Positions 16,173 through 25,545 of a stretch of DNA of 64,000 nucleotides are shown here, in pieces. The stretch lies in contig JAVCCR010000003.1 in assembly GCA_030765485.1 (NCBI GenBank), forward strand, positions 4,653 to 68,652, given 5' to 3'. How positions within the stretch are numbered: position 1 is the stretch's first letter; each line of letters starts with the position of its first letter. The stretch is from Candidatus Gygaella obscura. GTDB taxonomy: Bacteria; Omnitrophota; Gorgyraeia; Gygaellales; Gygaellaceae. Made by a program: the position numbers and the translations under genes. The notes beneath the pieces are model-generated. The model was not told the DNA's origin and ran no database searches. It saw nothing but the letters and a program-made list of their open reading frames with translations.

Positions 16173-19100
16173 AAATTATCGAATTCAGTGTAAAACATTC
16201 TTTGTTTGTTAATTTATTGTCCGCTCTCATTTTGATAGCTGGGGTTATTTCTATGTTTCAGTTGCGGCGTGAGGCATTTCCAGAGGTGTCTTTTGATATT
16301 GTTACTGTTGAAACAATTTATAGAGGAGCTTCGGCTGATGAAGTGGAAAAGTTAGTTACATCACCGTTAGAAAAAGAGCTTAAAAATGTTGATGATATCG
16401 ATGAGTTGAGTTCTTCTTCAAGGGAAGGTTATTCTTCGATTGCCTTGGAGCTTAATCCAGATTTAAATAAAAATGAAGTGATGAAAGTAGTTAATGATAT
16501 TCAAAAAGCAATAGACAGAGTAACAGATTTGCCTGATGGTGTAGATGATAAACCTTTGGTTACCGAGATAACCTCTCACGATATGCCCGCAATTAAGATT
16601 GCATTAAGCGGTAAACTCCTTGAAGCTCAGCTACGGGATTTAGCAGATAGACTTGAGGATAAAATTGAAAATATAGAAGGAGTTTCTAGTATAAGAAAGA
16701 CTGGTTGGCGAGATGAAGAATATTGGGTGGAGCCGGATATTCATAAGATGAAGGAATATCATGTTTCTATTGAGGAGATTATGCAGGCGCTTTCGAAAAG
16801 AAACGTCACCATTCCCGCAGGAAAATTACGTCTTAATGGACAGGAATTTATAATTAAGACAACAGGCGAATTTACCACAAAAGAGGATATTGAAAATGCT
16901 GTCATAAGGGCAAATGATCTTGGTAATTGGCTGCGAGTAAAGGATTTGGCAAATGTGCGTTATACATTTGAGGAGGAAAGCATTATTCATAAGACGTTAG
17001 GAACGCGCTCTATTACATTGGTAGTGCTTAAAAGAGAAAAAGGCGATGCAATCAAGATGGTTGCAAAAATAAAAGATGTTATCGAGGAGTTTAAGAAAGA
17101 TGTTCCTAAAGAACTTAAGATTTCTACACCTTATGATTTGTCCTACTATATTGAAAGAAGACTGAACGTATTAAAGAATAATGGAGCGATAGCTATAGTT
17201 CTCGTAGTTGTGGTTTTATTTTTATTTCTGCATCCTATGGCCGCACTTTTTACTTCTTTAGGTATACCCATTGCTATGCTGGCAACATTTTGGTACATGA
17301 ATTCTGTTGGCTTGAGTATTAATATGATTAGTATGTTTGGTTTAATCGTTGTTTTAGGTATGGTTGTTGATGATGGTATTATTATAAGCGAGAATGTATA
17401 TCGCTATTTCGAAAAGGGGATGTCGGCAGAAGAGGCTGCTATAAAGGGGGCAAATGAAGTTATGGCGCCGGTATTTGCCACAGTCATGACAACCTTTGCT
17501 GCCTTCAGTCCGCTTTTATTCATGTCTGGTTTAATCGGCAAGTTCGTTAAGCAGATTCCTCTGGTGGTAATTATTGCTTTAAGCGCTTCTTTGATTGAAG
17601 CATTTATAATCCTACCGAGCCATCTGGCTGGTTTTGTTAGAGCGAAAAAAGATCAAACAGAAGGTAGAATTACTAAAATAGGTAAGGCAATATTTAAAAG
17701 AGTAGCATATATTTATAATAAAATATTACTGAAGGCGCTTAATCATCGCTATAAATTCAGCATTGCTATTTTTATTATTTTTGTCGCCAGTATGGGTTAT
17801 GCCAAGTTTTTTATGCCTTTTTTGCTTTTTGGCTCTAAGGGCGTGGAACAGTTTCATATAAGGGCTGAAGCAAAACCAGGGATATCTTTATATAAGATGG
17901 AGGAATTGTTGCTCCCGGTTGAGGAATTGGTGGATAAGATGCCAAAAGAACACCTGGATTCCTATGAAACTTTGGTTGGTTCGATAACAGAGGAAAGAGG
18001 ATTTGACCCTAATGCCAAACAGGCCAGTAATGTTGCCCAGATTGAGGTGTATCTTACTCCTGCTCAACACCGGAAGGAGACGGCAAAGCAGATTATGGAT
18101 AGTATGCGTGATGATTTATCAAAGCTTAAAAATACCTTGCCGGAATTAGACAAGCTTTATTTTAAGGATTTTAAAGATGGTCCTCCTACGGGAAAGGCAA
18201 TCGATTTAAGGATTAGGGGAGATGAGTTTGATATTTTAAGAAATATTGCTGAAGAGATAAAAGATTATTTATATACATTAAAAGGAGTAAAGGATATTGA
18301 TGATAGCTACGATACAGGAAAAAGAGAATTACGTGTTATTATTGATGAGCAAAAGGCTGCCCAGGCATTCTTGACAATAGGAGAGGTTGCAACAAGTCTG
18401 CGTAATTCTTTTGAAGGAGGCATAGCTACAGAAATAACCCGTTCAAAGGCAGAGGAAAAAATAAAGGTTTTGGTTAGGCTCGCAGAAAAACAAAGGGATA
18501 AGAAGAGTGTATTTAACGAATTAGTAATTGTAAATAAATACAACAATTTAGTTCCTTTAAATTCTATTGCTACAATAGAAGAAGGTTGGGGCTTGACCTC
18601 CATAGAGCACTATGAAGGAGATCGCATTATAGCTGTAAGCGCAAGCGTGGATAATAAAAAGATGACTTCTAAAAAAGCAAATGATTTATTAAGACATAAA
18701 TTTAAGGATATCTCTAATCGTTATCCTGGTTATAGTATTAAGTATGCAGGTGAGGAGCAGGATAATATCGAGTCTATGCGTAGCCTTATTCAGGCTTTCG
18801 GTATTGCGTTTTTATTGATATTTTTGATTTTGGCAACTATTTTTAATTCTCTCATTCAGCCATTTGTGGTTATGCTTACGATTCCATTTGGTCTGGTGGG
18901 TGTAATCTTTGCTTTAAGCATTCATAATGAACCGATAAGTTTTCTGGCGATCATGGGAATTATTGGTTTATGCGGAGTTGTAGTTAATGATTCCATAATA
19001 TTTGTCGATTTTATCAATAAACTCAGAAAACAAGGTATTCAAAGGAGAGATTCTATAGTCCAGGCCGGTGCTTTAAGACTTAGACCGGTTATGCTTACTA

Positions 19101-19309
19101 CAATAACCACGGTTCTTGGCTTAAGTACCGTTGCCTACGGTATAGGAGGGAAAGATCCGTTTTTAAAACCCATGGCTTTATCGATTTCCTGGGGGCTTTT
19201 ATTCGGTACAGTACTTACTCTTATAATAATGCCCTGTATTTATGCGATAATTGATGATATTACTGTAAAAGTTGTACATCACGCTACGGTACGCAAGAAT
19301 CATAATTAA
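16169..19309 (+). CDS. RND-family efflux permease (AcrB/HAE1-like)
   Basis: 1046 aa with 12 TM helices in a 1+5+1+5 arrangement, two large periplasmic loops and typical AcrB motifs (…MFGLIVVLGMVVDDGII…). Overlaps tolC by 4 nt. Confidence 0.85.
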   Translation: MKIIEFSVKHSLFVNLLSALILIAGVISMFQLRREAFPEVSFDIVTVETIYRGASADEVEKLVTSPLEKELKNVDDIDELSSSSREGYSSIALELNPDLNKNEVMKVVNDIQKAIDRVTDLPDGVDDKPLVTEITSHDMPAIKIALSGKLLEAQLRDLADRLEDKIENIEGVSSIRKTGWRDEEYWVEPDIHKMKEYHVSIEEIMQALSKRNVTIPAGKLRLNGQEFIIKTTGEFTTKEDIENAVIRANDLGNWLRVKDLANVRYTFEEESIIHKTLGTRSITLVVLKREKGDAIKMVAKIKDVIEEFKKDVPKELKISTPYDLSYYIERRLNVLKNNGAIAIVLVVVVLFLFLHPMAALFTSLGIPIAMLATFWYMNSVGLSINMISMFGLIVVLGMVVDDGIIISENVYRYFEKGMSAEEAAIKGANEVMAPVFATVMTTFAAFSPLLFMSGLIGKFVKQIPLVVIIALSASLIEAFIILPSHLAGFVRAKKDQTEGRITKIGKAIFKRVAYIYNKILLKALNHRYKFSIAIFIIFVASMGYAKFFMPFLLFGSKGVEQFHIRAEAKPGISLYKMEELLLPVEELVDKMPKEHLDSYETLVGSITEERGFDPNAKQASNVAQIEVYLTPAQHRKETAKQIMDSMRDDLSKLKNTLPELDKLYFKDFKDGPPTGKAIDLRIRGDEFDILRNIAEEIKDYLYTLKGVKDIDDSYDTGKRELRVIIDEQKAAQAFLTIGEVATSLRNSFEGGIATEITRSKAEEKIKVLVRLAEKQRDKKSVFNELVIVNKYNNLVPLNSIATIEEGWGLTSIEHYEGDRIIAVSASVDNKKMTSKKANDLLRHKFKDISNRYPGYSIKYAGEEQDNIESMRSLIQAFGIAFLLIFLILATIFNSLIQPFVVMLTIPFGLVGVIFALSIHNEPISFLAIMGIIGLCGVVVNDSIIFVDFINKLRKQGIQRRDSIVQAGALRLRPVMLTTITTVLGLSTVAYGIGGKDPFLKPMALSISWGLLFGTVLTLIIMPCIYAIIDDITVKVVHHATVRKNHN

Positions 19310-19462
19310 TAATTTAACCAGGGCCATATCCTTATTATTTCCAAGAAGATATAAGGAAATTGTTCCTTTAGATTTAGCCGGTTATTAAATATTTAAAAAT
19401 CTTGCTTTTTTATTCTAGCTATATTATAATTTAGGTTAATTATTAATCAAGAAAGAATCGAT

Positions 19463-19912
19463 ATGGATGAATTTTTTAGAGAGGTTTCGCTTAATAAGAT
19501 TTTAATTGTTACTTTGATCAGCTGGATAATTGCCCAGACAATTAAGGTAATTATTGGTATCATCAGGGAGAAAAGATTTAATTTTCTTTGGTTTATTGGT
19601 ACTGGTGGCATGCCTTCAAGTCATGCTGCAGGCGCATCTGCTTTAGCGACAAGTGTTGGTATAGAATGTGGGTTTAATTCTGTATTTTTTGCTTTGGCGG
19701 CAATGTTTGCTCTTGTTACTATGTTTGATGCTCAAGGTGTAAGGCATTCTACAGGAAAACAGGCTCAGATTTTGAATAGAATGATGGCCGATATATATTT
19801 TAAGAAAAGGATTCAGGAAGATAGGCTTAAAGAGTTGATTGGCCATACTCCTATACAGGTTTTTGTAGGAGGTCTTCTAGGTATGTTCATCTCAATTTTA
19901 TTTTTCAAATAA
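19463..19912 (+). CDS. Divergent PAP2-family membrane protein (DUF212 / acid phosphatase/vanadium-haloperoxidase-related)
   Basis: 149 aa with the DUF212 hallmark GGMPSSHAA…FD.QGVRH.TGKQAQ.LN. Confidence 0.6.
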   Translation: MDEFFREVSLNKILIVTLISWIIAQTIKVIIGIIREKRFNFLWFIGTGGMPSSHAAGASALATSVGIECGFNSVFFALAAMFALVTMFDAQGVRHSTGKQAQILNRMMADIYFKKRIQEDRLKELIGHTPIQVFVGGLLGMFISILFFK

Positions 19913-19930
19913 ATTTAGACAGGAGCATTT

Positions 19931-20752
19931 ATGCGTAATAGAACCATGCGTATTGCTGTTATTGTTGCAGCAGCAATAACTTTATTTGCAATCTTTAGGA
20001 TCGCTAGAAGCAAGAAATCTTCCATTGGTTCTACCAAGACAGGTTCTGCGGAAATCTCTGCGCTTATATCGCAGGCGCAAGACTATAAAAATAATTCACA
20101 ATTTACCAAGGCGCAGGATTTATACACCCAGCTCATAGATACACATTCTGACAGTCTAGATATTATCAATTGGCAGGAGGAGCTGGAAAGTTTGAATTTA
20201 GAGATGTTATTTTCTGGTAGGATTATACCCGGGAGTATTCATTACGCTGTAGAAAAAGGAGATTCTTTGTATAAGATAGCTAAAAAACACAATACAACAG
20301 TAGAGCTTATTAAAAAAAGCAATAATTTAACCAGTAACCGTATATATGCTGGACAGAGGTTAAAGGTGTGGACATTACCTTTTAATATTCTGGTAGATAA
20401 ATCTCAGAATGTTTTATTATTGAAAACAAAAGATACAGTTTTTAAAACATACAATGTAGCAACAGGAGAGGACAATTCTACCCCTGTGGGGATTTTTAAA
20501 ATAAAGGATAAATTGGTGAATCCGGTTTGGTATAATGAAGGAAAAGCGATTTTACCAGAGGATCCGGCAAATATACTTGGTACCCGCTGGTTAGGCTTTG
20601 ATAAGGCTCCGCGTTATGGAATTCATGGTACATCTCAGCCTGGAAGTATTGGTAAACAGGCTACAAAGGGATGTGTAAGGATGCATAACAGGGAAGTAGA
20701 ACAGTTATTTACTATAGTTCCTGAGGGAACAGAGGTAACAATAATAGATTGA
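19931..20752 (+). CDS. LysM-domain L,D-transpeptidase (YkuD family)
   Basis: LysM motif (YAVEKGDSLYKIAKKHNTTVELIKKSN…) followed by the YkuD catalytic region GIHGTSQPGSIGKQATKGCVRM (His…Cys). Confidence 0.75.
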   Translation: MRNRTMRIAVIVAAAITLFAIFRIARSKKSSIGSTKTGSAEISALISQAQDYKNNSQFTKAQDLYTQLIDTHSDSLDIINWQEELESLNLEMLFSGRIIPGSIHYAVEKGDSLYKIAKKHNTTVELIKKSNNLTSNRIYAGQRLKVWTLPFNILVDKSQNVLLLKTKDTVFKTYNVATGEDNSTPVGIFKIKDKLVNPVWYNEGKAILPEDPANILGTRWLGFDKAPRYGIHGTSQPGSIGKQATKGCVRMHNREVEQLFTIVPEGTEVTIID

Positions 20753-20753
20753 T

Positions 20754-21719
20754 ATGAGCGGACTTGATTTTGAAAAACCAATTCTGGAATTAGAAAAAAA
20801 GATTGATGAACTGAGGAATTTTACAAGCGATAAGAAAATTAATCTTGCTTCTGAAATAAACCGTCTTGAGGAAAAATTAACCAGGCTTAAAAAAGATACC
20901 TACCGCAATATTACTCCCTGGCAGCGCGTACAGATTGCCAGACACCCGCAGCGACTTTACACCACTGATTACATAAATACGATAATGAAGAATTTTATTG
21001 AGTTGCATGGAGATCGTTTATTTGCCGACGATAAGGCTTTAATCGGAGGGTTGGCAACATTAGATGATAGAAAAGTTGTTGTTATGGGTCATCAAAAAGG
21101 ACGTGAAACCAAAGAAAGTATTATGCGTAATTTCGGTTGTGCTCATCCTGAAGGATACCGCAAGGCCTTAAGGTTGATGTATATGGCGCAGAAATTTAAT
21201 CTTCCGATTATTGTTTTTATCGATACCCCCGGAGCATATCCTGGTATTGGTGCTGAAGAAAGAGGTCAGGCGCAGGCAATAGCTTCTAATCTTATGGAGA
21301 TGGTAGAGATAAAAGTACCTATAATCGTTACTGTAATCGGTGAAGGCGGTTCAGGCGGCGCTTTAGGTGTGGGTATAGGAGATAAGATTTTGGTGTTGGA
21401 GAATTCTTATTATTCGGTTATTTCTCCTGAGGGGTGTGCAGCAATTCTTTGGAAAAGCAGCACCAAAGCGCCAGAGGCAGCTGATGCATTAAAGCTTACC
21501 GCAGAAGATTTACTAAAATTTAAGATTATTGATGAGATTGTACCCGAACCTTTAGGTGGAGTGCATAGGGATCCGCAGAAGATGTGTCAGACGCTTAAAG
21601 AAGCTATCATCAGGAATCTAAATTCTTTATCCGACTTATCTACAAAACAAATTCTGGATAGAAGATATAATAAGTTCAGAAAAATCGGCGACATAACTGA
21701 AAACGTACAAGATGCTTAA
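20754..21719 (+). CDS. accA: Acetyl-CoA carboxylase carboxyltransferase alpha subunit
   Basis: 321 aa with the conserved AccA core (…FIDTPGAYPGIGAEERGQAQAIA…GEGGSGGALG…). Confidence 0.85.
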   Translation: MSGLDFEKPILELEKKIDELRNFTSDKKINLASEINRLEEKLTRLKKDTYRNITPWQRVQIARHPQRLYTTDYINTIMKNFIELHGDRLFADDKALIGGLATLDDRKVVVMGHQKGRETKESIMRNFGCAHPEGYRKALRLMYMAQKFNLPIIVFIDTPGAYPGIGAEERGQAQAIASNLMEMVEIKVPIIVTVIGEGGSGGALGVGIGDKILVLENSYYSVISPEGCAAILWKSSTKAPEAADALKLTAEDLLKFKIIDEIVPEPLGGVHRDPQKMCQTLKEAIIRNLNSLSDLSTKQILDRRYNKFRKIGDITENVQDA

Positions 21720-22236
21720 TCAAGAGTTTATCATTTTAGGCCTGTTAAAGTCCGGTCCTCGCCATGGTTATGAAATCAAAAAAGAGCTAAAAGAAGTAGT
21801 TGGTTTATTTGCTACCATAACCAATAAGTCTATATATTATCCTTTAAAACAGATGGAAAAAGCAAAGGTGGTGAAAAAGAATATTTCTCGTGAGGGCTCT
21901 CGTCCTGAGAAATACACGTATACAATTACAGAGCAAGGAGAAAGAAGGTTTAAGGATCTTTTGTATAAGAATATCTCACGGCTTGAGCGGCCATTTTTCG
22001 ACATTGATATGTGTCTCTATTTTCTTCCCTTTTTGTCAAAAACTGAAGTTGTTAAAAGATTAAAGGTAAGGCTGAGGCTGCTTTCCAAGATAGAAAATTG
22101 GCTTAAGAAACAAGCTGGGCAAAAAGAAAAATACTACCCGCATCTTTCAGCAATAATCGAGCATAATCTTGATTTGATCATTTCTGAAACAGGTTTTACC
22201 AAAAAGCTAGTTAATAGATTAAGTAAGAATAAGTAG
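21712..22236 (+). CDS. PadR-family transcriptional regulator
   Basis: N-terminal PadR winged helix (ILGLLKSGPRHGYEIKKEL…YYPLKQMEKAKVV). Overlaps the accA stop. Confidence 0.7.
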   Translation: MLNQEFIILGLLKSGPRHGYEIKKELKEVVGLFATITNKSIYYPLKQMEKAKVVKKNISREGSRPEKYTYTITEQGERRFKDLLYKNISRLERPFFDIDMCLYFLPFLSKTEVVKRLKVRLRLLSKIENWLKKQAGQKEKYYPHLSAIIEHNLDLIISETGFTKKLVNRLSKNK

Positions 22237-22302
22237 ATAGATAAGTTTAAAATCACATAACCATTTAAAATCATTATAGTTTGGGGTTTGAATTAAAAAA
22301 AC

Positions 22303-22330
22303 TTGAAGATTTTTATTTTCCTTATATAAT
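22303..22330 (+). promoter_or_regulatory. Sigma70-type promoter of the 22367-33310 operon
   Basis: TTGAAG at 22303-22308, a 16-nt spacer, and a perfect TATAAT at 22325-22330. Confidence 0.45.
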
Positions 22331-22358
22331 AAAATTTAACTAATAAAATTTAATTAAT
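22331..22358 (+). repeat. Tandem 14-bp direct repeat (AAAATTTAACTAAT / AAAATTTAATTAAT) immediately downstream of the -10 box; candidate operator
   Basis: Two adjacent copies matching at 13 of 14 positions, located between the promoter and the ATG at 22367. Confidence 0.4.
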
Positions 22359-22366
22359 AAGATTCA

Positions 22367-23863
22367 ATGGACATAGCAAAACTTTTACAGGAATCAACAG
22401 ATAAGTATAAAGATAAGCCGGCAATATTTTTTAAGGGCAAAGAAATTACTTTTATTGAGTTAAGGGATAATGTGTTTAAGCTGACAAATGCCCTAGGCTC
22501 TTTAGGCCTAAAAAAACATGATAAGGTTGCTATATATCTTCCTAATTGTCCACAGTATATCTATACCTATTTGGCTATTTGGTGTAGTTGCGCCACGGCA
22601 GTACCGTTAGATTTTATGCTTACCGAAGAGGAGCTTATATCTTGTATAGACCACTCAGAAGCTAAAATTATTATTGCAAAGAAAAAGTCTAGGGTGTCTT
22701 TTTCTGATATAAAAAATAAATGTAAGTTGCTTCAAGAAGTAGTTCTTTTAGACGAGGGTGAAGAATTTGTCAATTTCAATATACTTTTAAATAATGTAAA
22801 AGAAGATTATCCTAAGGCTGAATGCAGTGATAAAGACTACTCTATAATTTTCTATACCTCCGGAACAACCGGGAAACCTAAAGGGGTTTTGATAAATTAT
22901 GCTCAGATAGCAGCACCGGCTATGGGGATGAAACATTTCGTGGGGCTTAATGATAAAGATATTGCGCTTTGTGCGATTCCTTTATCTCATTTGGGCGGGT
23001 TGGTGTTTTTGCAGTCAATAATCTTTTTAGGAACAACTGTTGTGTTGATGGAACGTTTTATGCCGGTTGAATTTTTAAAAAATATTACCGAGTATAAAGT
23101 AACCTGTTTTTGGATAGTGCCATCGATGTATTATGCGATTTTACAGCTTAAGGAATTTGAAAGTTATGATTTATCAAGTCTTCAATGGGTGGTTTCTTTT
23201 GGTGCGCCGAGCTCTGCAGAACAATTGAGGCGTTTTCACAAATATTGCCCGCAGGCTGAGTTTGTCAATGGTTGGGGAATGACTGAAACTAATGCGCCAA
23301 GCGTGGTGATTCCAAAAGGTAGTAAAAAGCTAGAAAGCGTTGGGCTTCCTGCTCCTTGGGTTGAACTTAAGATATTAGATAGCAATAATAAGGAAGTTAA
23401 AAAAACAGAAGTAGGAGAAATTGTTGTCAAAGGATGGGTGGTTACCGATGGCTATTATAAGGATGATGAGCTTACTAAACAGACCAAGCGTAATGGTTGG
23501 TTTTATACAGGAGATCTGGGTAGACTTGATACTGAAGGTTACCTGTATATATGTGGCCGCAAGAAAGAGATGATTAAAGTAGGAGGAGAAATAGTTTTTG
23601 AACCTGAGGTTGAGGCTGCTTTACATAAACATCCTGCTGTTAGCGAAGTGGCTGTAATTGGGGTGAAAGACAAATTAAGGACAGAGGTGCCTAAGGCCTT
23701 TATTGTTTTAAAAGAAGATACGCAGTTTGCAGAAGAAGAAATAGTATTTTTTCTAAAAAAGCATCTGGCCCATTTTAAGATTCCGCATTATTTTGAAGTT
23801 TTGGATACTCTTCCCAAGACCAGATCAGGTAAAGTTGATAAAAAAGTTTTAAGAGACAGATAA
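22367..23863 (+). CDS. AMP-dependent synthetase/ligase (acyl-CoA synthetase family)
   Basis: 498 aa with the AMP-binding motif YTSGTTGKPKGV, a GWGMTET motif, and the conserved C-terminal Lys of this family. Confidence 0.75.
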   Translation: MDIAKLLQESTDKYKDKPAIFFKGKEITFIELRDNVFKLTNALGSLGLKKHDKVAIYLPNCPQYIYTYLAIWCSCATAVPLDFMLTEEELISCIDHSEAKIIIAKKKSRVSFSDIKNKCKLLQEVVLLDEGEEFVNFNILLNNVKEDYPKAECSDKDYSIIFYTSGTTGKPKGVLINYAQIAAPAMGMKHFVGLNDKDIALCAIPLSHLGGLVFLQSIIFLGTTVVLMERFMPVEFLKNITEYKVTCFWIVPSMYYAILQLKEFESYDLSSLQWVVSFGAPSSAEQLRRFHKYCPQAEFVNGWGMTETNAPSVVIPKGSKKLESVGLPAPWVELKILDSNNKEVKKTEVGEIVVKGWVVTDGYYKDDELTKQTKRNGWFYTGDLGRLDTEGYLYICGRKKEMIKVGGEIVFEPEVEAALHKHPAVSEVAVIGVKDKLRTEVPKAFIVLKEDTQFAEEEIVFFLKKHLAHFKIPHYFEVLDTLPKTRSGKVDKKVLRDR

Positions 23864-23877
23864 AAGAGGGTTTAGCT

Positions 23878-24624
23878 ATGATGCAAAGAGAAATTCATAT
23901 TAGTTCTAAAGATTTATTGAGTCAAATCCAGTTTAAATCAAAACCTATGGCTGATATTGCTTTAGTCAGCGGTCAGATTCACCGAGTAGAGTTTTGTCTG
24001 CAGCTATTGACCGAGGTAAAAGAGAATTTTAGTACTATGGGATATACTTTTTGGACCGGAAAATATAAAGGTCGAAGTATTACTGTTGGTAATGCCGGTC
24101 TCTATGCACCAGATACGGCATTAGTGACACAGTTATTGATAGAAGCAGGGATAAATTCTTTTATTCGTATCGGTAGCTGCGGTGCTTTGACAAAGGATAT
24201 ACAGATAGCTGATTTTGTTATTGCTGATAAAGCTTTAAGAGGAGACGGCGTTACTAATTATTATGTTAAGAGTGATTTTATTCCTAAGTCTACGCCTGAG
24301 TTAAACAGCCGGTTAGCTGAAGCAATTATCTCCAAAGGAAAAAAGTTACATCAAGGTATGGTTTGGACAACAGATGCATTATTAAAAGAAACTCCTGAAT
24401 TTGTGAATCCGGCAATTACTAAAGGCGCAATAGCAGTAGATATGGTTACGAGCGCTTTTTTAACACTATGTTCTTTATATAATAAAACTTCAGCTGCGGT
24501 AATGGTGGTAAGCGATAATCTTATTACTGGTGAAGTTGATTTTACTTCGCCTGCGGTTATGGAATCGGAAAAAATAATGTTGGCTTCTAGTTTAGACGTA
24601 GCAGCGCAATTAGGAAATAGTTAA
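23878..24624 (+). CDS. Nucleoside phosphorylase, PNP/UDP family 1 (DeoD/Udp/MTA-phosphorylase-like); candidate MTA/5'-deoxyadenosine phosphorylase
   Basis: 248 aa with the NP-I family pattern (…GNAGLYAPDTA…IRIGSCGAL…). Sits directly upstream of an MtnA-family gene. Confidence 0.65.
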   Translation: MMQREIHISSKDLLSQIQFKSKPMADIALVSGQIHRVEFCLQLLTEVKENFSTMGYTFWTGKYKGRSITVGNAGLYAPDTALVTQLLIEAGINSFIRIGSCGALTKDIQIADFVIADKALRGDGVTNYYVKSDFIPKSTPELNSRLAEAIISKGKKLHQGMVWTTDALLKETPEFVNPAITKGAIAVDMVTSAFLTLCSLYNKTSAAVMVVSDNLITGEVDFTSPAVMESEKIMLASSLDVAAQLGNS

Positions 24625-25533
24625 ATGACTGAATCAATACTTGCATTACCGGTTAGGTTTAAAGGAAATTATATAGAGGTTTTAGATGAGACGCTCCTTC
24701 CTTTTAATGAAAAGTATATACGGGTAGATACATTAGAGTATGCTTTATCGGTTTTAGGTTCTATGAAAACAAGAGCAATGGGTCAGGTGCTTTTATTTTT
24801 TTACTCTTGTGTGCTTTTTGAAAAGAACAATTCAATTGATGAAATTGCAGGTAAATTCAAAGATATACGGCCTACATTTGATTTTATTCTTTTAGCGGAT
24901 CTAGTGAAAAAGGCTCTTGCAAAAGAAAAGAGCATAAAAAGCGCGGTAGAAAGTTTTATAAATGGTTTTCAAGATGCAAGACATAAAAGAGCTAAATCAT
25001 TAGCGTCGATATTGCCTGATGATGCGCGTGTTCTTACAATATGTAATGTTAATTCCGAGCTTATCTATCTGGCTGAGGAAATGCACAAGTTAAATAAGAA
25101 GATATTTTTTTATGTCTGTGAAACACGGCCATATCTTCAGGGAACGCGGCTTACTTTTTGGGAATTAAGAAAACGAGGTATTTCTTGTAAATTGATCTGT
25201 ATATCTCAATCTGCCAGTCTTATGCAGGAAGGTTCAATTAGTACAGTTATTACCGGAGCAGACAGATCCAGCACGAGAGGTGCAGTGATAAACAAAATCG
25301 GTACATATAGCCTGGCAATACTTGCCAAACATTTTAATATTGCTTTTTATCCTTTGGTGCAGTATGCGAAGGATATTGATATAGACGCAATTAAAATCGA
25401 AGAAAGAGCAAAGAGTGAAGTGTTTATGTTTTTAAAAGGGGATTTTGCCCACATGGATGCGCTTTACCCCGCGTTTGACGTTGTAGAAAAAGAATTGATT
25501 ACAAAAAACATAGATTTAACCAAATTAAACTAA
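24625..25533 (+). CDS. eIF-2B alpha/beta/delta-family protein, MtnA-like (methylthioribose-1-P / 5-deoxyribose-1-P isomerase family)
   Basis: 302 aa with eIF2B/MtnA family patterns (LDETLLP…, YVCETRPYLQGTRLT.WEL, VITGADRSS..GAVINKIGTYSLAILAKHFNIAFY). Starts 1 nt after the phosphorylase stop. Confidence 0.65.
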   Translation: MTESILALPVRFKGNYIEVLDETLLPFNEKYIRVDTLEYALSVLGSMKTRAMGQVLLFFYSCVLFEKNNSIDEIAGKFKDIRPTFDFILLADLVKKALAKEKSIKSAVESFINGFQDARHKRAKSLASILPDDARVLTICNVNSELIYLAEEMHKLNKKIFFYVCETRPYLQGTRLTFWELRKRGISCKLICISQSASLMQEGSISTVITGADRSSTRGAVINKIGTYSLAILAKHFNIAFYPLVQYAKDIDIDAIKIEERAKSEVFMFLKGDFAHMDALYPAFDVVEKELITKNIDLTKLN

Positions 25534-25545
25534 TTATAAGGAGAA

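Noticed and set aside
19340-19370. Inverted repeat TCCTTAT…ATAAGGA downstream of the RND gene, considered as a terminator.
   Set aside because: The stem is AT-rich and short, the loop is about 14 nt, and no T-tract follows. Support for an intrinsic terminator is insufficient.
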